Positions 15,176 through 31,229 of a stretch of 64,000 nt of DNA are shown in pieces. The stretch lies in NCBI RefSeq assembly GCF_009914755.1, contig NC_060926.1; one strand, written 5' to 3'. Position 1 is the stretch's first letter. Every line of letters starts with the position of its first letter. The position numbers were made by a program, and so were the translations under genes. The stretch comes from the human T2T-CHM13v2.0 reference genome, Homo sapiens. The notes beneath the pieces are model-generated. The model was not told where the DNA came from. It was given only the letters and a program-made list of their open reading frames with translations, and did no database searches.

Positions 15176-17459
15176 TAATACGGTTTGGCTGTGTCCCCAC
15201 GCAAATCTCAACTTGAATTGTATCTCCCATAATTTCCATATGTTGGGAGGGACCCAGGGGGAGGTAATTGAATCATAGGGGCCTGTCTTTCCCATGCTTT
15301 TCTTATGATAGTGAATGAGTCTCATGAGATCTGATGAGTTTATCAGGGGTTTCTGCTTTTGCTTCTTCCTCATTTTCTTTTGCTGCCACCATATATGAAG
15401 TGGTACCAGTGAATCTCCTGCCATGATTGTGAGGCCTCCCCAGCCATGTAGAACTGTAAGTCCAATTAAACTTCTTTTTCTTCCCAGTCTTGGGTATGTT
15501 TTTTATAAGCAGTGTGAAAACAAACAAATACAATAAACTGGTACCAGTAGAGTGGGGCATTGCTGAAAAGATACCTGAAAATGTGGAAGCGACTTTGGAA
15601 CTGGGTAACAGGTAGAGATTGGAATAGTTTGGGAGGGCTCAGAAGAAGACAGAAAAATGTGGGAAAGTTTGGAACTTCCTAGAGACTTGTTGAATGGTTT
15701 TGCCCAAAATGTTGATAGCAATATGGACAATAAAATCCAGGCTAAGGTGGTCTCAGATGGAGATGAGGAACTTGTTGGGAACTGGAGCAAAGGTGACTCT
15801 TGTTATGTTTTAGCAAAGAGATTGGTGGCATTTTGCCCCTGCCCTAGAGATTTGTGGAACTTTGAACTTGAAAGAGCTGATTTAGGGTATCTGGCAGAAG
15901 AAATTTCTAAGCAGCAAAGTAATCAAGAGGTGACTTGGATGCTGTTAAAGGCATTCAGTTTTATAAGGGAAGCAGAGCATAAAAGTTTGGAAAATTTGTA
16001 GTCTGACTATGCGATAGAAAAGAAAAACTCATTTTCTGGGGAGAAATTCAAGCTGGCTGCAGAAGTTTGCATAAGTAGCAAGGAGCCTAATGTTAATCCC
16101 CAAGACCATGGGGAAAATGTCTCCAGGTCATGTCAGAGACCTTCATGGCAGCCCCTCCGATCACAGGCCCAGAGGCCCAGAAGGAAAAAGTGTTTTTGTG
16201 GATCTGGCCCAGGGTCCCTGTGCTGTGTGTAGCCTAGGGACTTGCTGCCCTGTGTCCCAGCCACTCCAGCTGTGGCTGAAAGGGGCCAATGTACAGCTTG
16301 GGCTGTGACTTCAGAGGATGCAAGCCCCAAGCCTTGGCAGCTTCCACATGGTGTTGAGCCTGCAGGTGCACAGAAGTCAAGAATTGAGATTTGGGAACCT
16401 TTGCCTAGATTTAGGAAGACGTATGGAAGTACCTGGATGCCCAGTCAAAAGTTTGCTGCAGGGGTGGGGCCCTCATGGAGAAACTCTGCTAGGGCAGTGT
16501 GGAAGGGAAATGTGGGGTTGGAGCCCCCACACAGAGTTCCTACTGGGACACTGCCTAGTGGAGCTGTGAGAAGAGGGCCACCATCCTCCAGACCCCAGAA
16601 TAGCAGATGCACCAACAGCTTGCACCATGTACCTGGAAAAGGCTGTAGACACTCAACACCAGCCTGTGAAAGTAGCTGGGAGGGAGGCTGTACCCTGCAA
16701 AGCCACAGGCATGGAGCTGCCCAAGACCATGGGAACCTACCTCTTGCATCACTGTGACCTCGATGTGAGACCTGGAGTCAAAGGAGATCATTCTGGAACT
16801 TTAAAATTTGACTGCCCATTGGATTTCAGACTTGCATGAGCCCTGTATTGTTTTGGCCAATTTCTCCCGTTTGGAATGGCTGTATTTACCCAATATCTGT
16901 ACCCCCATTGTGTCTAGGCAGTAACTAGCTTGCTTTTGATTTTACAGGATCATAGGTGGAAGGGACTTGTCTTGCCTCAGATGAGACTTCGGACTGTGGG
17001 TTAATGGGTTAATGATGAAATGAGTTAAGACTTTGGGGGACTGTTGGAAATGCATGATTGGTTTTGAAATGTGAGAACATGAGATCTGTAGGGCCCAGGG
17101 GCTGAATGATATGGTTTGGCTGTTTCCCTACCCAAACCTCAATTTGATTTGTATCTCCCATAATTCCCACGTGTTGTGGGAGGAACCCAGGGGGAGGTAA
17201 TTGAATCATGGGGGCCAGTGTTTCCCATGCTGTTCTCATGATAGTGAATAAGTCTCATGAGATCTGATGGTTTTATCAGGGGTTTCTGCTTTTGCTTCTT
17301 CCTCATTTTCTTTTGCCGCTGCCAAGTAAGAAGTGTCTTTCGCCTCCCCCCATGATCCTGAGGTCTCCTAGCCATGTGGAGCTGTAAGTCCAATTAAACT
17401 TCTTTTTCTTCCCAGTCTCAGTTATGTCTTTATCAGAAGTGTGAAAATGGACTAATACA
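15176..17459 (+). mobile_element. Full-length THE1A (ERVL-MaLR) provirus: 5'LTR 15176-15532, internal 15533-17106, 3'LTR 17107-17459
   Basis: Two ~355-bp LTRs with THE1A-type 'aacttgaattgtatctccc' and 'ttatcaggggtttctgcttttgcttcttcctc', a PPT-like 'gggcccaggggctgaa' before the 3'LTR, and a perfect 5-bp TSD TGCTC (15171-15175; 17460-17464). Confidence 0.95.
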
Positions 17460-17705
17460 TGCTCCGAGGCTGAGAGTTAAAGTGTCAGATGTCTGATTCC
17501 TTCTAAATCTGAAAACAGGAAGCTTAACAGTTGGTACATAGTAGATGCTCAATTAATGCTTAATAAATGATTGATAAATATCACTAAACAGGTGTATAGA
17601 TCACAGCTCTCTTAGTCACCCCAATGCATTCCCATTAGAGAAATTCACTGCTAAGGGGTTGTTCCTTAGGAGAATAGACTGTACACCTCACTCTACCATT
17701 TCTAG

Positions 17706-18062
<357 letters not shown>

Positions 18063-19264
18063 AAGACTTCTTATAAGAGTTCTTTTAGGCAAAAGCTCAG
18101 CAGAGGGCAGGGTAGGAACAATACACAATCACCTTGACTGAGTCTAACAAGATGCTATGGCAAGAAAGCACAGGAATTGTCAGAAATCTTTTCTGAAGGC
18201 ATCCAAGCCTCAGTGGGATGTTATGAAAGACTGCTTCTCAGAAGATAGTCCTGACACCTAAGTGGGGTGACTGAGCTAGAACCAGCTACTCACTTGCTGA
18301 GAATTATTGACCTCTCTTGTGAAATGTCAATATTGACTGACTGCACTCTGAGCTGTGCTGTTAAAGGCGTTCAGTTTTACAAGGGAAGCAGAGCATAAGG
18401 TCTGATGTCTCTTCCAGATCTGATGACCTAAGATTTGTTTATAGGATCAGGAAAAAAACCCATTAAAATACATCTCTTAATTCTTAGAGTATTATTGAAA
18501 TTGTGTACAACTTGGAGAGAAGCAATGGCAAAACTTCTGAAATTCACCTGGCACATTCCCTGTTTCCTTCCATGTGGCTGCTAACCCTTTTAAGTTGTGA
18601 AGACAGAGGATCCAGGTGGACCAACCAGGGATGCAAAAGGGAGGAGGTGGTTTTAACTCCTGTGTGCAAGGATTTAATTCCTCACGTAGCCTCTCTTCCT
18701 ATTCAAGCTAATTCCAGGTCATCAGTGTACTCTAAGTATTCTAATCAGATTCATTAAATTTTTTTTCCTGGAATCACTGATGGTGGGCAGCACTATTGAG
18801 CTTTATTCAGGGTGTGGGACTGAGGTCTCTCCATGAGGCCATTCACTTTTGATAAGGAAACTGGCCTCACTATAGGAGTTCAGTAAAGGCCCAGCTTGCT
18901 GGCTCACTGATTAATTGAAGGGCGGGGGTGTGGGGCTTGCTGTGCACAACTAAAGTTCACTTGGATGCCCCCCTCACTGCCCAAAGCAATGCTTGGCCTA
19001 CAGGAAGCTGAGCCTGCTGCTGCCTTCCTCCCGGCTCCTGGCTCCCTCAGGATCTGAACACTCAGGGTCATGCTGTTGCTGCCCAAGCAGGAAAATCCTG
19101 TTTCTGAAAATCCCAAACAACAAACAGCTCCCCTACAGAGCTCATGGGGGAGTAGTCAGAACCTCCAGACTGAGCATGTCACAAGGAAGGACTGCTTTGC
19201 TGAAGCCACTCACTCCGGGAGATTTATAATTGGAAGTTTGGCCCAGGGAGATAATCAGCCAAGA

Positions 19265-19383
<119 letters not shown>

Positions 19384-21009
19384 CTGAAGAAACCCAGTGG
19401 AGATTCAGCACTAACCCAGCACAGGTGAGTGAGAAATTACAACCTGTCAGCCAATGAGCCATGGTGATTCCCTCTGAAGAGGGTTTCCCAGCTATCATTC
19501 CCTTTCATCCCCACTGTAAGTTAGGCCCTCGTGCATGTTGCCTGGACTGTGGCTGGAGTCTCCTAACTGTCTTGTCTTCTCTGGGTTTTCTGGCCCCAGG
19601 TCTCTCCCTGTCTATCTACCCTGCATCCCTGCTGCTGTTGGAAGAGTCCCCTAAAAGACCTTCTCCACAGCACTGCTTAGCTCCTGGTACTCCCTTATCC
19701 CTCCTTTCGGCCCATCCTCTGCCACTGGCTTCCAAGTTCGCATTTGGCCTGCTCCCTACCTCAGTCCTGGGCAGTGAGGCAGGAAGCTGCCTTTCTCCTC
19801 CAGATGAGTCTGTGCTCTGCCTCTCTCCTTTGCGTCTCCAAATTCACACTGAGCATGAACATCTCTGACCTCACCTTTTCAAACCAAATGAAAGGGCTGC
19901 ATAAGGACAACTTAGTTTATTTTGGAAGGCTGTTACACTTTGACCTCCATTTAAAAAACAAACAAAAAAATCTAAAAACCCCAAAACGTTGAGGGACTGT
20001 TCCCAAGCCCCAGCATCTTTGCCCCATCCTCAAGCCTTCCAGGACCCTCTCTCCATTCTTGGGATTGCAGCTCCTAACGTAGTTCTCCTCTTCAGCTCAA
20101 GGACAATTCTAACTGTCCTCTTGCCTGGTATGGCTTAATGAGCCTCAAGCTCACTTAGCATCATCTGGATTTAATTTCCTCTCTTGCCGTGAGCAACCTT
20201 GGCTCATCTTTCTGCCTCTCTTCTCCTCTCCTCTTTTTCCTGTCTCCCCCTCCCTTTGCTTACATGCCCTTCTTCCCCCTTTCTCTCCTCTCTCTATCTC
20301 TACCTCTCTAATGTCCACAAGTGCCTCACAACTGCCCCATTCAACCCCCACCTGAGTATCACCAGCTCTTCTGGTCCAGCTCACCTGTAAAATCTCTATT
20401 CCATCCAGAGAGGCCACCATCTCCTGTTCTAAGGGTTACATAGCTCAGATACAGACAAACAAGGTCAGGACAACCACCCTCCTGCCTTGGAAAATCACCA
20501 GTTACCCTCCATTATTATATTTCTTGTGAAGCTACATTTACATTTTATCATATCCACATAACAAGAGAGAGAGTTTTAAAAAGGAGAGTGGTCAAATGTA
20601 TGTCAAGAGACATAGAAACACTTAGAATAATGTAGACAGAACAGATAGCTGGAGTTATTAGAAGGTTATTGGAGACCATCAAAAAGGAATCAAGATGGTT
20701 TAGGATATATTCTATTATTCTAACTCAGGATTGGTAAATTATGGCCCATAGGCCAAAGCTGGCCTGCTGCCTATTTTTTTATATGGCTTCTGAGTGAAGA
20801 ACAATTTTTACATTTTTAAATGATTGAAAAAAATAAAAAGAAGACTATTTCACAAGTAAAAATTCTATGAAATTCAAATTTCAGTGTCCATAAGTTAAGA
20901 TATCCTGGAACACAGTCACACTATTTGTTTACATATTGTCTATGGCTGCTTTTGTGCTATAACACAGAGTTGAATAGTGTGACAAATATCATATTGTGCA
21001 TACAAATTA

Positions 21010-21630
<621 letters not shown>

Positions 21631-24239
21631 CTGGTCTTTCATACAAAGTTTACCAACCCCTGTTTCAATCTGTCTTTCTACATTGGATTTGGGTATGCTC
21701 ATTAGTGTCTAGTTTTCTTCTAAATGAAGTAAAGAGATAGTGAAATGTAGGGATACACTGCATTTCCATTAAAATGACTAAGAGAATGAGAAAGAATGCT
21801 CAGCACTATGAAGCTGACAGCTCTTCTCCTCCCATGATGGAGATGGGAGTTGGGGCTGGGTGCTCCATCCATTTCTCCAAAGGACTCATGTCTCCCATGC
21901 ATTCCAGCTGCTGACCTGGATCAATGGTTTTCAGAAACAGAGGCTAGAAGGGATTATCTCATCAGCTTGTATTCAGGTCTGTGGTAGTGGCAGGGCAGGG
22001 GTTGGGGGATTGATAAGGAGGAGGATGAAGAAGGAAAGGCACCACCGTGGAGCAAACTGGTAACTGAGACTTGGAGGAAAGCTAGACCCTTCTCCTCCAA
22101 GTCTAAACAAATTCCCTTTCCTTTCATTTTCCTTACTACCATCTGCCCACTGTAGTCCTCCTCACCCACCTATGGAAGCAAGGCTTACCCAGTGACTTTG
22201 GGTAGGTACTCAAGCTTCTCTTTCCTACTCTCCCAAAAGAGAGGACTCAGGTCCTGACAAACAAGCATCATAATGACCTACGAAGACAGGATTTGACATA
22301 GGAAAATCAGAGCTGGCATTGTTAAGAGTTAAGAAGGGGGATTGTACCCACCTTGTTCCTCCACCTGTTCACAAACAATGTGTCAAAGAAGGGGCAGGTA
22401 AGTGGCCAGGCAGCCCTGAAATAGCCTGGGGCCAGGACTGTGACAAATACTCACTGGGAACATCCCCCACCTAAGGGTTGAAGTCAGGAAGAGGAGTGCC
22501 CTGTCCTTACACTAGATGGAACTGTTCCTCTATAAAAAAGAAGAAGAAATAAAACCTGATACATGTATTAATCTTATTCAGGGAGATGTGGGTTTTAAGC
22601 AATTCAAATATTTCATTCTGTTCTTTCAGTTCTGCCTACTGGCCATTATCAGGAAGATGTGGGAAATAGACTGAAAGAAAATCTTCTGATTATTGAAAGA
22701 GAATTTACAGCAGCAAAACAATTTGCAGTGTTTCTACCTAGAGACAGGGAAGTAAGAGAATCTGAGTCCAAGTCCCCACCAAAAAGAGCTTTAGTTTAGA
22801 GCCTGTTTCTCAAGAAACTTGCATATGCACACATGAGTTTGGGAAATTCTCATTATTACCTCATAGGTTAGGTCTAAACCTTATTTTAAGACTGAGAAAT
22901 GGAAACCTAGCTGTGTAAAGAATGCATCAAAGATCATAGAGATGGTTAAGGGCAAAGAGAATACAAGACTCCAACTATGACCCAGCTGGGTCCTCCAACA
23001 CTTTTTACTATCTTTGGATCTGATTCACTTCGGGTAAATGTCTCCTGAGATCTTCCTATGGACGAAGATCGAGCATTTATCGGAAAAGCATTACTCTAGG
23101 CAACTATGTAATCAGTAGAATTTTAATTTGACCAAGTGGACATGGAGAGATTTCCACAGCTTATTAACTTTCCCTTGCTCTCTGCCTTTTTCCCAGGCAG
23201 AAAATGCATATTATGTATTCCCAGTGTCTGGCTTAATAAGAGGGATTATTATAAAAGGCAGCAATAGGACATCTATTTTCTAAAATATCAAAAAATATGT
23301 ATTTATTTTGATAAACAGCAAAAATTAAAATGGTCCTGGGGGAAGAGTGCTCTATTGCAGGCCTCAGGCAAAGTTCTAACCTTAGAATCTGTTAGTAGTT
23401 AGCAGCAGGGTTAAAAGTTGTTTTTATCAGCTCTGGGTGATTGCCATATATTTTCATCAATTAATTTTTGTTGAAATGCCTGCTGAGTATGTGATGTTGC
23501 ATAGGGAGACAGCTGAATGTTTGCAACATAATCTAATTTGGCAGCTGGGACCTGAAAGCTGAGTATTCCTCAAATCAATATGCCCAGCATCGCAAAGGAA
23601 GCAGAACTGAAAAGAGAGGAATGGGTGGTTGGGTGAGATGCTTGCAGTGTGGTGATTTAGCTGGAGTTGGGCCTCTGTTCCGAACTCAAACGGTCCCATG
23701 TCCCAGGCCTGGCTCTGCCACCAACCAGCTGTGCAGCTTCCAGCAAGTTATCTCAACCTCGAGCATCTGCTTCTTCATCTGTAAATGGAGCTAGTAATTG
23801 TACCAACTTTGGAAGACTGTTGTGTTAAGTGCTTTAGAAGTATTATCTCATTTAATTCTTACTACAACCACTACCTGGTAAAATAATTTTTTATTGGCAC
23901 CTTTTTTTTTAATGTTTTAGAGAGATAAACAATGTAGCTAATTTTGTAGGAAAGGCCAAAGTAGCTAATTTTGTAGGGGACCTGATTTTTAGTCCAGCTT
24001 GGCTGGCAACTAATTTTAGGTCTGTAAAGGTTCAGAAAGCATATCCTGAACACAAGCCCTCCTCAGTTACGTTATTTAAAGTGTTAAATACTCAAGCCAA
24101 CCGAAACACAAACCAAAGTAAAGAATTTAGATAAGAAAGACATGTGAAAAGGAGGCTACTGGTAAGTACAGAACTCAGTTAAATGTAAATAATTATGAAT
24201 TAATTGTATTATCTTTTTATTTAAAAATCTAATAAATTC

Positions 24240-27020
<2,781 letters not shown>

Positions 27021-28064
27021 TTGTGTACAAATATGGCTTATGGATATTGAGCTATATCTTCTCATCAGTTCTGTGGAGAGAAACAGATGGGCAATATTGA
27101 GTCTAGGTCAGTGAATGTATCAGGTAATCACTAATCCAGAGGGAATATTAGATGAATTTGTCAAAATTGAAGGAGGAGACCAATTGAGATGCTAACAAGT
27201 ATTGACTCTTCCAAAAAAAAAAAAAAAAAAAAAGAAGTGAGTCTGTGTTGGGGGGAGGGGAAATGTTGGAAACCTTCCAATTAATATCACTCAGGAGCGT
27301 ATTGAAAATCCATTTGCAGAATGGAAGCCAAAGAATGTTCTGAAAGTGCATTTTAGAATAAAATGTTATTGCTCTGTGACACTTACAAATTCAAAAGAAT
27401 ACAGCCATCCAATTAAAAGTTTACATAATCAGATTTATGAAGGTCAAAGGCACCCTAAAGTATTGCATGCTTTCATTACCCCACCTAAATATTTCTTTAA
27501 GCAAAATGGCAGAATCTTTAAAAAATGTGTTAGAGACACACAGTGTTTTGTTCCCTAACTAATTCTAGCCAATGGCCAATGGTTCTGGATCTCCAAATAG
27601 TACTGGAAGAGTGCCAGTGCCTTCATATGAAAGTTTACAATATTTAGTTCTTCTATTTTAGGAAAGAGAACCTTGGGACTAGAATAAAACATGCCAGTGA
27701 AAACTGAGAAGCTCCAGCTAGAAGTGAAAAATGTATCAAAGGAAATAGATCTATTTGAGTTCTGTTTTATCTCAGACATACTTAATTATATTTCATGACT
27801 TTCTTGGTTAGGAACACAGTTCCCTGTAATTGAAGGTCAATATGATGATATTTTTAGCAATTTTTTGTGCAGTATTTTTTGTCTGAGACACACTCAAGAT
27901 TCCACTTTTTTCTGCTTAAAATCTTTTTGCACATTAATTGTATATTACCATTTCATTGAAAGATAGATGACTCAAAAATTTTCTTGATGTTTCAAGGTTG
28001 TTAAAATTCCATGCTAGAATCCCAGTTACAATCTGCTATACTTGAGTATGAAGAACTATGCATT

Positions 28065-28450
28065 TATCATGCGTGGAAGAGACTACTGGGCCTACCTCAT
28101 ATTTTCCCTGTCCTGGTCCCATAAGAGATTATACTTCCCAGTCCGTTTGCAACTAGGCAAGGCTGTATGAATAAGTCTAACCAACAAAATGTGAGTGAAA
28201 GTGATGTGTGCCACTTCCTGGCTAAGGCAGTTAAGAGCTGACATGACACTTCCACTTCCCTCTTACCCAGTCATGGCAAACTTGGAAGTCATGTGTTGAA
28301 ATGACAGTGTCACAGAATGGAGGGAGATTTGATCCCTGAGTCAGCAGATGGTGGAGAGTCCCCATTGATTCACAGGAGACTTTGGGAGAGCAAGCACCAA
28401 AGTGCTGTGCTAACTAGAGAAGTCAGGGTTTGTCTATGGCAACTTTTATC
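28065..28450 (+). mobile_element. Old MaLR/ERVL LTR (MLT1I/J-like)
   Basis: 'tacttcccagtccgtttgcaactagg...gtgagtgaaagtgatgtgtgccacttcctggctaaggcagttaagag'. Confidence 0.65.
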
Positions 28451-29215
28451 AATTTTTTTACCCTTACATAAGCTTTTTTGTGCTTTCCTTTTGGGCTCAA
28501 GTTCTTTAGGACCTAAGAATATTTATTTGCCTTGAATGAAAATGTGAATCAGTTCACAGCAGTACAAACTCACAGAGTACAAACTCTAAAATAAAGGCAT
28601 TTACATAAGTCTTAATAATAAGTTTTGTGTTTCATAGGCATATATTCTATTAAATGCAATTCTAAATGGATTGCTTGGCAGGGCAAAGGTAAATGTTGCC
28701 AGATTTCTTATAATTTTTAAAGTACCTCTTTATCAGATAAATGAGAAAAAAGTTGAAATAGAAACAGTGAACTCTGAACTTCTTCCCTAATGACTTATTC
28801 TACAAAGTTGGTGCACAGGTGTGTTAAAAATATGATATTCAACGTTGTTTTCATTAGAAGTATTTTATGACTTATTTTGAAGAAAATAATCAATTCAATA
28901 TAAAAATGTAGATGTCTTAGTAGTAAGGGAAGAGAGCAAGGGAGAGAGAGAGTGATTTGTATCCCAATATTGCATTATTACTCTTCATGGATTTAGTCAT
29001 TTGATTCAATGAAATTTAAAATGAATCATTTAAGTTTCTTCATGTTAGTTAACCAGTCTATATTTTGCACAAAATGATTCTTCTATTTCTTTGGAGTATT
29101 TCATGAAGTGATATAAAATTATCACCCTTGTCTTGAAAAAAAAGATCTCCTAAAAAAGTAAGCAAATGGAGGTACAAAAACAATCAAGCAAATACAAACT
29201 AAGAAAGCAGGAGTG

Positions 29216-29597
<382 letters not shown>

Positions 29598-30471
29598 TTA
29601 AAGACATTATCTAAAAAGATATAACAATAATGAAAATTGAACGCAGTACGTGAAATAGATAATTTTCTGGCAAAATACAAATGACCCAGTCCAACTGAAG
29701 CATAAACTGATAATCTAAAAAGGACAATAGTCTTGGAAGAAAATGAAAAATAATCTGTTGAATTACTTTGGGCTCAGGCAGTTTGAAAGGTAAACTTAAA
29801 AAAAAAATTATGTGATAACTATTCCTGTACAAAGAAAAGTAGGTAAAAGCACTGAATTGATTTCATGAAGCAGAGTTAATTTTCTATGACTGTAGTTACA
29901 CTGGCTCCGAGTGCTCCTGGAAGGCTCTGTCATTTGGGCTCCTGTCTCACCATGCCCACTGCTAATTGGTCTAGCTCAAGCCTTAACTTGGCCTCTGCAG
30001 AGGTTGCTAACAATGCTCAGTCCCAAGTTCCATTAACACTTTATGAAAATAATTAGTTATAAGAAGCCATAGATAGAGCAAAGTCAAGGCATGAAGTTGG
30101 ATCCATGACCATGTGACACTGAACTTGTCCCAATCCTTCTCCTGAATTTTATGATTCATCCTATTGTAGAGGATGTGTGGAGGGGTGGATGCATGGGACC
30201 CAGCATGAGCAGGAGCATTGGATCAACCACCTGAGCATCCATGTTAGTCTTACTATCTTCCCAAAGGGCTTATCAGAAGCTAGACGAGGGTTTGGATTAG
30301 ATTCCTATAACGAAAACCACTAAGACAAAATACCTCAGCATAATTGGTCACAACTCCCACTTCTGGCCTTAATCCCTTTTTGAACGAAAGATCTGCTCAC
30401 TACAACCTCCTTAATTAAGGATACTCAAGGGACGATGCCCACTTGGGGCTGGTGTCCCATCTTCCATTCTT

Positions 30472-30778
30472 TTTTATTTTATTTTACTTTATTTTTTTGA
30501 GACAGAGTCTCGCTCTGTCACCCAGGCTGGAGTGCAGTGGCGCGATCTCGGCTCACTGCAAGCTCGCCTCCAGGGTTCACACCACTCTCCTGCCTCAGCC
30601 TCCCGAGTAGCTGGGACTACAGGCAACCGCCACCATGCCCAGCTAATTTTTTGTATTTTTAGTAGAGAAGGGGTTTCACCTTGTTAGGCAGGATGGTCTC
30701 AATCTCCTGACCTCGTGATGCCCCTGCCTCAGCCTCCCAAAGTGCTGGGATTACAGGCGGGAGCCACTGCGCCTGGCC
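30472..30778 (-). mobile_element. AluY
   Basis: Reverse Alu with Y diagnostics ('ctgcaagctc', 'ggttcacacca'); TSD CCATCTTCCATTCTT at 30457-30471 and 30779-30793. Confidence 0.95.
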
Positions 30779-31229
30779 CCATCTTCCATTCTTCAGGTCA
30801 GAGCATTGGGCCACTGGAGTAGTCTGGGAGGGGCCTTTGACTTCTCTGCCCCTAAAAGTGAGTTCTCATAAAATACGGTGCGCCCAGGCTAACGCTGGTA
30901 CTTATTATGGCAAATCCTTTAGCTTCAGGTCCCTGCTCTTTTTGTCCTCCACTTCTGATATGACAAATGCCCAACAGTGGAGGCAGGAAGACAGCCCACC
31001 TTCTGTCAGAGCCTACTCCCCAGCTCATGTTTCTCTGTCCCTCCGTTGTATAGCAAACTCTTGCCAAGCCTTTTGGAATGACTTTTTAACAAGAAAAGCC
31101 CCATACTTTAATGGGCCAATTCAAACAACTGACATCTGTTAAAGAAGCACACAAATATCCTTTAAGTCCTTAACCTTTAATTAAAAAGTCATGCAAATGT
31201 ACATTTCCTAAAGGGATACTTTTCCCCTC

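Noticed and set aside
15657-16839. Several 70-171 aa ORFs
   Set aside because: Broken pieces of the standard THE1 internal fossil ORF.
19404-19424. TTCAGCAC half-match to the REST/RE1 motif
   Set aside because: The right half (GGACAG) is absent, so it is not a credible RE1 site.
27050-27800. Possible decayed DNA-transposon coding remnant
   Set aside because: No TIRs or convincing transposase motif recognisable by eye; needs a Dfam search.
29890-31140. Possible old ERVL-type LTR surrounding the Alu at 30472
   Set aside because: The composition suggests an LTR, but I could not assign a family or boundaries with confidence.
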